Source of the DNA: Patescibacteria group bacterium
Lineage (GTDB): Bacteria; Patescibacteriota; Patescibacteriia; Patescibacteriales; JAQTRU01
DNA: 64,000 bases
Direction: 5' to 3'
NCBI GenBank assembly: GCA_028716725.1
Contig: JAQUPG010000001.1
Location: forward strand, 47,660-111,659
This document shows positions 58,578-64,000 of this stretch, in pieces; position 1 is the stretch's first letter, and every line of letters begins with the position of its first letter. The notes under the pieces were generated by a model. The model had not been told where the DNA came from. It did not search any database and saw nothing but the letters and a program-made list of their open reading frames with translations. Both the position numbers and the translations under genes were made by a program.

Positions 58578-58841
58578 ATGGACTATCATCTTATAATTTA
58601 TTTTTTAGCAGGCGTTCTACAAGATTTTTTGTTAACTCTCAATTGGCGATTTATAGCCAAGGAAAAAGCCATTTTTGCCGCTGTTCTTTCTTTTGCCGTG
58701 ACTATAGTGACAATGCTTGTGCTTTATAATATTTTAACCCAACTTGACAGGCAACGAAGTATGATTGCAATTATAGTTTACGCTCTGGGTATAGGAACCG
58801 GCACAATTTTGGGAATAAAAACAAAAATTAGTTCTAATTAA
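58578..58841 (+). CDS. small three-TM membrane protein, 87 aa
   Basis: Start moved to MDYHLIIYF.. because the track's upstream extension overlaps tRNA-Arg. Confidence 0.5.
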   Translation: MDYHLIIYFLAGVLQDFLLTLNWRFIAKEKAIFAAVLSFAVTIVTMLVLYNILTQLDRQRSMIAIIVYALGIGTGTILGIKTKISSN

Positions 58842-58904
58842 AAAATTGTCACAACAGCGATACTTAAATTTTACATTTTTATTTTTTAATTTTGGTTTAT
58901 CTAC

Positions 58905-58978
58905 GGCTGGGTAGCTCAGTTGGTTAGAGCGTAGCACTCATAACGCTAAGGTCGAGAGTCCGATCCTCTCCCCAGCCA
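58905..58978 (+). tRNA. tRNA with CAU anticodon (Met or lysidine-Ile2; not resolvable by eye)
   Basis: Acceptor GGCTGGG/CCCAGCC, anticodon loop CTCATAA, T-arm GAGAG-TCCGATC-CTCTC. Confidence 0.85.
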
Positions 58979-58988
58979 CAATAATAAC

Positions 58989-59061
58989 GCCCTGTTAGCT
59001 CAGTTGGTAGAGCAGTTGCCTCTTAAGCAAATGGTCGCAGGTTCGAGTCCTGCACAGGGCA
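58989..59061 (+). tRNA. tRNA-Lys (CUU)
   Basis: Acceptor GCCCTGT/ACAGGGC, anticodon loop CTCTTAA, T-arm GCAGG-TTCGAGT-CCTGC. Confidence 0.9.
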
Positions 59062-59073
59062 CTAATTTAGAAA

Positions 59074-59110
59074 TAAAAAACAACCCCTTCCAACAAACGG
59101 GTTGTTTTTT
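59074..59110. terminator. bidirectional terminator (tRNA cluster and hup)
   Basis: caaccc-cttccaacaaac-gggttg flanked by A- and T-runs. Confidence 0.75.
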
Positions 59111-59128
59111 ATTATGTTGATTTAGAAA

Positions 59129-59413
59129 TTATATTTTTCCCTTTAAAGCGTCCTTTAAATTTTTTCCGGTTTTGAATTTTGCTACTTTTACTTCCGGGAT
59201 TTTAATCCTTTCCGTCGGTTTCTGCGGGTTGACTCCGCCGCGGGCGTGCCTGGTTCTGGCTAAAAACGTGCCAAAACCGGCGATCGTCACTTCACCCCCG
59301 GCCTTTAGTTCAGAGATAATAGTTTTTACCAGAACTTCAATCATATCTTCAGCTTTCTTCCTGGGCACATCTGCTTCCTCGGCTATTTTTTCAATTAGTC
59401 CTGCTTTATTCAT
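59129..59413 (-). CDS. hup: DNA-binding protein HU
   Basis: 94 aa, MNKAGLIEKIAE..GFGTF..R.ARGGVNPQ, the canonical HU/IHF fold sequence. Confidence 0.95.
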   Translation of the reverse strand: MNKAGLIEKIAEEADVPRKKAEDMIEVLVKTIISELKAGGEVTIAGFGTFLARTRHARGGVNPQKPTERIKIPEVKVAKFKTGKNLKDALKGKI

Positions 59414-59516
59414 ATTTTTATTCTACGAATTGCGAATTCATTACGAATATACGAATACTAAATTAAGGTGTTAGCTGGGAAATTCGTACATTCGTATATA
59501 TTTGTAATTCGTAGGG
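59414..59516. repeat. TACGAAT/TACAAAT-word hairpin cassette filling the ymdB-stop to hup-start gap
   Basis: ~33-nt imperfect arms ctacgaattgcgaattcattacgaatatacgaat / attcgtacattcgtatatatttgtaattcgtag. Confidence 0.8.
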
Positions 59517-60308
59517 TTATTCTATATTGATGGTTTTAATTATTGGTTTTATGGTTTTGGCTTTTTGGGTTTTGGAATCAATCGTTATTAAAACGGCGTT
59601 AAAGATCGCCCGGCCCTTTTCCGGAATAGTGTGCGGCTGCTTTATCTGGGTTAGGAAAATTTTAATAATGTCTTCTTTATCAACCCCGAGACAGCCGCCG
59701 GCAAACCCTGCCATGCCAATATCTGTTATATAAGCCGTGCCCTCTTTGGAAATTTCTGCGTCCGCCGTCATAATATGCGTATGCGTCCCGAGAACGGCGC
59801 TTGCCCTTCCTTCAAGATAATGTTTTAAAGCAACTTTTTCCGAAGTCGCTTCCGCGTGTATATCAATAATTATAGCAGACATATCTTTTTTTGCAAACTT
59901 AGCCAGAATTTCGTCTACTTTCCTGAAGGGGCAGTCATAATCAGCCGCCATAAACACCCGGCCGATAAGATTTATTAAGAGTATTTTATATTTCCCTTTT
60001 TCTACAACAGAATATCCTTTTCCCGGGGCATCGCAAGAGTAATTAGCCGGCCGGATAATCGGGAGTTTTTCATAGCAATCAATTTGTTTAATCTTATCAA
60101 AAGCATGGTCGCCGTTGGTAAAATAATCAACGCCCGCGTCCATTAATTCCTTCAGGGCGTCTTCAGTCACGCCTGTGCCATGAGCGGCATTTTCCGCATT
60201 GGCAAAAACAAAATCTATTTTTTGAGATTTCTTTAATTTAGGCAAAATCTTAGCGACCGCCCGCCGGCCAATCTTGCCGTTAATATCGCCGATGAAGAGA
60301 ATGTTCAT
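59517..60308 (-). CDS. ymdB: YmdB-like metallophosphoesterase (2',3'-cyclic-nucleotide phosphodiesterase family)
   Basis: Start set at MNILFIGDINGKIGRRAV; GDHAFD and GTHTH motifs. The track's N-terminal extension is encoded by the heptamer array. Confidence 0.85.
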   Translation of the reverse strand: MNILFIGDINGKIGRRAVAKILPKLKKSQKIDFVFANAENAAHGTGVTEDALKELMDAGVDYFTNGDHAFDKIKQIDCYEKLPIIRPANYSCDAPGKGYSVVEKGKYKILLINLIGRVFMAADYDCPFRKVDEILAKFAKKDMSAIIIDIHAEATSEKVALKHYLEGRASAVLGTHTHIMTADAEISKEGTAYITDIGMAGFAGGCLGVDKEDIIKIFLTQIKQPHTIPEKGRAIFNAVLITIDSKTQKAKTIKPIIKTINIE

Positions 60309-60313
60309 ATATT

Positions 60314-60348
60314 CGCATAACGCATATCGCGTAACGCATAACACATAA
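60314..60348. repeat. heptamer tandem array CGCATAA x5 (left member of an inverted pair)
   Basis: cgcataa cgcatat cgcgtaa cgcataa cacataa, beginning 6 nt upstream of the ymdB ATG. Confidence 0.85.
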
Positions 60349-60440
60349 CGTTGCCAAATGTCTAAGTTTAAAAAGTATTAGGGTGGAACATAGTAAAAAT
60401 AGATATTTGGTGTTAGGCGAAGTTGTATTGGTTACTTCTT

Positions 60441-61013
60441 TTAATTTATAAATTCCGCGATTTCTGGATATTTCTTTTTAAATTCTTCTGAAAGATTGCA
60501 TGTGCCCATACAATCAGGAAACCAGTAATTATAGTCTTTTTCTCTTTCTCCGAAAAGAAATTCTGAGCTTCCGTCTTTAAATATTGCTGAAATTTCATAT
60601 GGTTCTCCAACATTGTCTGGCGCTTTAATGGTCAGTGTAATAAGATTAATTTCTTTTTCATTATAATAATCTATATACGGGTTAACCAATTTTTTTTCAA
60701 AATTTTTCTTTTCTGTTTTATCCAATATCCATGGATTAGTATAGAATACTACTGGCAATTTAATATCCTTTGCTGTGTCCAGTAATTTTGTTGGAGTTGG
60801 CTCTACTGTTACTTTTAAATCAGCATTTTCTTTCTGAAGTTCAACAATTTGTTTTAGCAAAGATTGTTCCGTGGATTTTAAATTTAACCTTTGCCATGCG
60901 TAGACACCGCTGCCAACGATTATGGCTGTCGCAACAACAAAAATTGCCATTATCCAAATATTTTTTGAGCTTTGGGTGGGCCTATTTGATTGCGGAAAGT
61001 TTTGTTCGTTCAT
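60441..61013 (-). CDS. hypothetical membrane-anchored protein, 190 aa
   Basis: One N-terminal TM (IWIMAIFVVATAIIVGSGVYAW). It sits between rny and ymdB, which are adjacent in the B. subtilis rny-ymdB operon. Confidence 0.6.
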   Translation of the reverse strand: MNEQNFPQSNRPTQSSKNIWIMAIFVVATAIIVGSGVYAWQRLNLKSTEQSLLKQIVELQKENADLKVTVEPTPTKLLDTAKDIKLPVVFYTNPWILDKTEKKNFEKKLVNPYIDYYNEKEINLITLTIKAPDNVGEPYEISAIFKDGSSEFLFGEREKDYNYWFPDCMGTCNLSEEFKKKYPEIAEFIN

Positions 61014-61123
61014 AATTGTTTAAGTCAAATGTTAGTTTGTTTATATTATATCAAATTATATCGGCTATTAAAATAAATTACCGAAAAAATCTTGAAAATA
61101 ATATAATTTCGTCTAACTTTAAT

Positions 61124-61165
61124 TATGTGTTAGCGTTACGCGTTATGAGTTATGTGTTGTGCGCA
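61124..61165. repeat. heptamer tandem array TTATGTG-type x6 (right member, inverted relative to 60314-60348)
   Basis: ttatgtg ttagcg ttacgcg ttatgag ttatgtg ttgtgcg, ending 3 nt from the rny stop. Confidence 0.85.
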
Positions 61166-61167
61166 GT

Positions 61168-62682
61168 TTACCTCGCGTATTCCGTTACTCTCATTTCCCT
61201 AATAACATTAACTTTAATTTCTCCCGGATATTTTAATTCGGCTTCAATTTTTTTAGCAACTTCTTGGGCAAGATTATGGGCAGCTAAGTCGTCAATTTCT
61301 TCCGGCATAACAAAAACCCTTACTTCCCGTCCGGCCTGGATAGCGTAAGATTTTTCCACGCCCGGGAAGGAAGTGGCGATTTTTTCCAGTTCCTCCAGGC
61401 GCTGGATATAACGCTCATAAGTATCATAACGGGCTCCCGGTCGGGCCGCGGAAATCGCGTCCGCCACTTTAACGATGACGGCGGTTAAACCCCGCGGATG
61501 GTCTTCGTGATGAGTTTCAATCGGATCAATAACTTCCTGGGGCAGGTTGAATTTTTTCGCGATGTCGCGGCCGATTTCCGGATGAGTGCCCTGGACTTCG
61601 TGGTCAACGGCTTTGCCTATATCATGCAATAGCCCGGCTTTTTTAGCCAGGGTCACATCGGCTTTTAATTCTTCCGCCAAAAGCGCGGAGAGATGGGCCA
61701 CTTCGATGGAATGGCTAAGAGCATTCTGCCCGTAGCTGGAGCGGTATTTTAAGCGGCCGATAATCTGGACCAATTTCGGGTCAAGTCCGGCCACGCCGAT
61801 TTCATACATCGCTTCTTCTCCGGCTTTTTTAATATCCAAAGCCAGTTCTTTTTTAGCTTCTTCAATGGCTTCCTCAATTTTGGTCGGATGGATCCGGCCG
61901 TCTTTTATTAAATAATCCAAAGCCCGTTTGGCGATATGGCGCCTGATCGGGGAGAAGCCGGAAATGGTAATAGCGTTAGGCGTATCGTCAACAATAATTT
62001 CCACACCGGTTATCTGCTCAATGGCTTTGATGTTGCGGCCTTCCCGTCCGATAATCCGGCCTTTCATTTCGTCGCTCGGCAGGTCAACGGTAGTCGTGGT
62101 TATTTCCGGAGTGTAGGAAGAAACCAGGCGCTGCATGGCTCCGGCCATTAAGTCTTTAGCTTTTTCATCTATGGTTTCAGTGGCTTCTTTTTCCAATTTA
62201 GCAATGCGGACAAGCAAATCTTCTTTCATTTTTTCTTCCACATTTTTCAATAAGACTTCCCTAGCCTCATCTTTTGTCATCTTGGCGATTTTCTCCAGTT
62301 TCGCCATCTGTTCTTCCCTTATTTGTTTTATTTTTTCCTTTACTTCTTCAACTTTATTGACTTTGTCAAAAAGCTGCTGCTGTTTTTCCTGCAGTTCAAG
62401 CAATTTTTGGGAAAAAGCAGTCTCTCTTTTTTCTAACCTGGTCTGCAGGTCGTTTATTTCCCGCCGGCGCTGGTTTTCTTCCTTCTTCGCTTCGTCAATA
62501 ATCTTTAAAGCTTTATCCTGGGCAACAAGCATCAGTTCTTTTTGCTTTGTTTTGGTTTCGTTAAGGATTTTTTCCGCTTTTGATTCAGCGCTGTTAATTT
62601 GGCCCAAAGCTTTCTTTTTTCTCAACCAATAACCAACAAAAAAACCGCCTACAACCAGAATAAGGTAAAATACATATTCCAT
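61168..62682 (-). CDS. rny: ribonuclease Y
   Basis: 504 aa with an N-terminal TM, coiled coil, KH domain (GRIIGREGRNI) and HD domain (LLHDIGKA). Confidence 0.95.
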   Translation of the reverse strand: MEYVFYLILVVGGFFVGYWLRKKKALGQINSAESKAEKILNETKTKQKELMLVAQDKALKIIDEAKKEENQRRREINDLQTRLEKRETAFSQKLLELQEKQQQLFDKVNKVEEVKEKIKQIREEQMAKLEKIAKMTKDEAREVLLKNVEEKMKEDLLVRIAKLEKEATETIDEKAKDLMAGAMQRLVSSYTPEITTTTVDLPSDEMKGRIIGREGRNIKAIEQITGVEIIVDDTPNAITISGFSPIRRHIAKRALDYLIKDGRIHPTKIEEAIEEAKKELALDIKKAGEEAMYEIGVAGLDPKLVQIIGRLKYRSSYGQNALSHSIEVAHLSALLAEELKADVTLAKKAGLLHDIGKAVDHEVQGTHPEIGRDIAKKFNLPQEVIDPIETHHEDHPRGLTAVIVKVADAISAARPGARYDTYERYIQRLEELEKIATSFPGVEKSYAIQAGREVRVFVMPEEIDDLAAHNLAQEVAKKIEAELKYPGEIKVNVIREMRVTEYAR

Positions 62683-62992
62683 AGAATTTAATTCTGTTGT
62701 TAGGAGGCTCTATTTAACTATTTTTCCGCAACCCAATAAGCCTTAAGCTCTTAAGGCTGACAAACGATTTTTCAATTTTTGTTCCAGAGAATATTCTAGA
62801 GTAATTAGATATTGTCACAAATTTATTGAGTTTGTCCGGGATTTATTGGAAAAAATCTTTTAAAATTATTCCTTTTTCCTAACAACAATTTTTCATTAAT
62901 AATTTAAGTTTGTAAAATTATCTTAGCATAAGATTCAGGGTTTGTAAAGAGGGAGAAAATACAAGAAAATCATTAAATTTTTACAGTAAGGA

Positions 62993-63115
62993 TGCTTCGC
63001 TAGGACCTACTTTTGTAACCAAAAGTAGGCAAAAGTTTCGGGGGCCTCAATTCGCTAGTCTAAAGATTAATCTCTAGATGGGCTCGCCTTGGCGCTCAGT
63101 TCGGCCCCCGAACCC
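62993..63115. other. GC-rich structured element of unknown function
   Basis: A 10-bp long-range stem ttcgggggcc (63038-63047) / ggcccccgaa (63103-63112) encloses the palindrome tctaaagattaatctctaga. It is preceded by a perfect 10-bp hairpin cctacttttg-taac-caaaagtagg (63006-63029). Strand undetermined. Confidence 0.4.
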
Positions 63116-63155
63116 CATGGTGATTTAAATATCGAAAACAAAAATTGTAGTAAAA

Positions 63156-63198
63156 TAAAAAAGAACGGATATTTTTGCGAATCCCGTTCTTTTTATTT
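63156..63198. terminator. terminator of clpP (bidirectional form)
   Basis: aagaacgga...tcccgttctt stem with flanking A- and T-runs. Confidence 0.75.
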
Positions 63199-63203
63199 TA
63201 ATA

Positions 63204-63782
63204 TTATTTCGTAATTATTTTATCAATGATTCCGTACTTCTTCGCTTCTTCCGCATCCATAAAGCGGTCGCGGTCAGTGTCTTTTTCAATCGTGGCAATT
63301 TTCTGGCCGGTATGGAAAGCCAGGATTTTATTCATCTTATCCCTGATTTTTAAAATATGCTCGGCCCTGATTTTGATATCCGTGGCCTGGCCTTCGGCTC
63401 CGCCCATAATCTGATGAATCATTATTTCCGAATTAGGCAGGGCAAACCTTTTCCCTTTAGCCCCGGCCGCCAGTAAAGTCGCGCCCATGGAAGCGGCCAT
63501 GCCCACGCAGATGGTGGAAACATTGCATTTTACATATTGCATGGTGTCGTAAATCGCCATGCCGGACGTAACCGAGCCGCCGGGGGAATTTATATAAAAT
63601 TTAATATCCCGGTCCTTGCTTTCCGCATCAAGGAATAAAAACTGGGCGATAATAATATTGGCGACGTGGTCGGTTATGGGCTCGCCTAAAAATATAATCC
63701 GGTCTTTTAAGAGCCGGGAGTAGATATCATAGGCCCGTTCCACATGTCCATCTTTTTCTATAACTGTTGGAATAAGAGGCAT
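63204..63782 (-). CDS. clpP: ATP-dependent Clp protease proteolytic subunit
   Basis: 192 aa with Ser-His-Asp triad context (GMAASMG, IMIHQ) and canonical N-terminus. Confidence 0.95.
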   Translation of the reverse strand: MPLIPTVIEKDGHVERAYDIYSRLLKDRIIFLGEPITDHVANIIIAQFLFLDAESKDRDIKFYINSPGGSVTSGMAIYDTMQYVKCNVSTICVGMAASMGATLLAAGAKGKRFALPNSEIMIHQIMGGAEGQATDIKIRAEHILKIRDKMNKILAFHTGQKIATIEKDTDRDRFMDAEEAKKYGIIDKIITK

Positions 63783-63791
63783 ATAATTAAA

Positions 63792-63840
63792 ATTTTCAAT
63801 TTTTAATTTTCAATTTTTAATAACCCTGCCTAACGGCAGG
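63792..63840. repeat. clpP 5'-UTR repeats: ATTTTCAATTTTTA x2 tandem plus CCTGCC/GGCAGG mini-hairpin
   Basis: Two exact 14-mers at 63792-63819. The hairpin cctgcctaacggcagg at 63825-63840 is related to the 20-nt inserts in the tRNA-Gly pseudo-copy. Confidence 0.8.
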
Positions 63841-63863
63841 TAAATGGTTTATAAACATTTAAA

Positions 63864-63892
63864 ATTATAGAGGAACTTTATTGGGTTGTCAA
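63864..63892 (-). promoter_or_regulatory. consensus promoter of clpP
   Basis: Minus strand reads TTGACA (63892-63887), a 17-nt spacer, then TATAAT (63869-63864). Confidence 0.75.
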
Positions 63893-64000
63893 TGTTTGCG
63901 GAGTATGATTTCAATATTGAGCTTACTTCGAAATAATGGTAAAATAAATTCAGATAACTGAGGTAGTTTTTTTTGCCTATTTTTTGCTATAAGTAATCTA

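Noticed and set aside
58490-58729. ORFs starting inside tRNA-Arg (58490..58729, and the first 23 codons of 58509..58841)
   Set aside because: They overlap the tRNA gene. Only the downstream part from the ATG at 58578 is kept as a small membrane protein.

Overview
AT-rich, tightly packed 64-kb bacterial chromosomal fragment using the standard genetic code, with most genes on the minus strand. I call about 60 CDS, 6 tRNAs, one IS481-family insertion sequence, and no rRNA or CRISPR. Housekeeping content includes trxA, ftsK, acpP, ruvC, yebC, tsaD, ppsA, lgt, purD, recQ, pyrC, gdh, folD, glyA, hup, rny and clpP. The overall gene set (two GlgA, GH57, SIS-type PGI/PMI, a bacterial Elp3 homologue, many tiny CxxC zinc-ribbon proteins, giant low-complexity envelope proteins) suggests a reduced Patescibacteria/CPR-like genome; this is inference only. 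Promoters close to TTGACA-17-TATAAT and clean hairpin terminators can be read directly. The most unusual property is a dense population of short palindromic and word-repeat elements. These exactly fill intergenic gaps, bracket single genes, and are embedded in-frame in two conserved genes (tsaD and the Elp3-like gene), much as Rickettsia palindromic elements are. Other items worth follow-up: (1) an intact tRNA-Gly flanked by pseudo-copies, with a YhbQ-type GIY-YIG nuclease gene wedged in; (2) a 199-bp GC-rich insert flanked by 18-bp repeats of the tRNA-Glu 3' end; (3) a promoter-to-terminator candidate sRNA bracketed by duplicated terminators; (4) a PyrK-PyrD fusion and isolated purine/pyrimidine steps; (5) a 1184-aa surface protein with about 20 Cys-pair repeats; (6) a roughly 1520-aa coiled-coil membrane protein. 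I found no recognisable defence system, prophage or CRISPR. All functional calls come from reading motifs by eye; no database search was possible.
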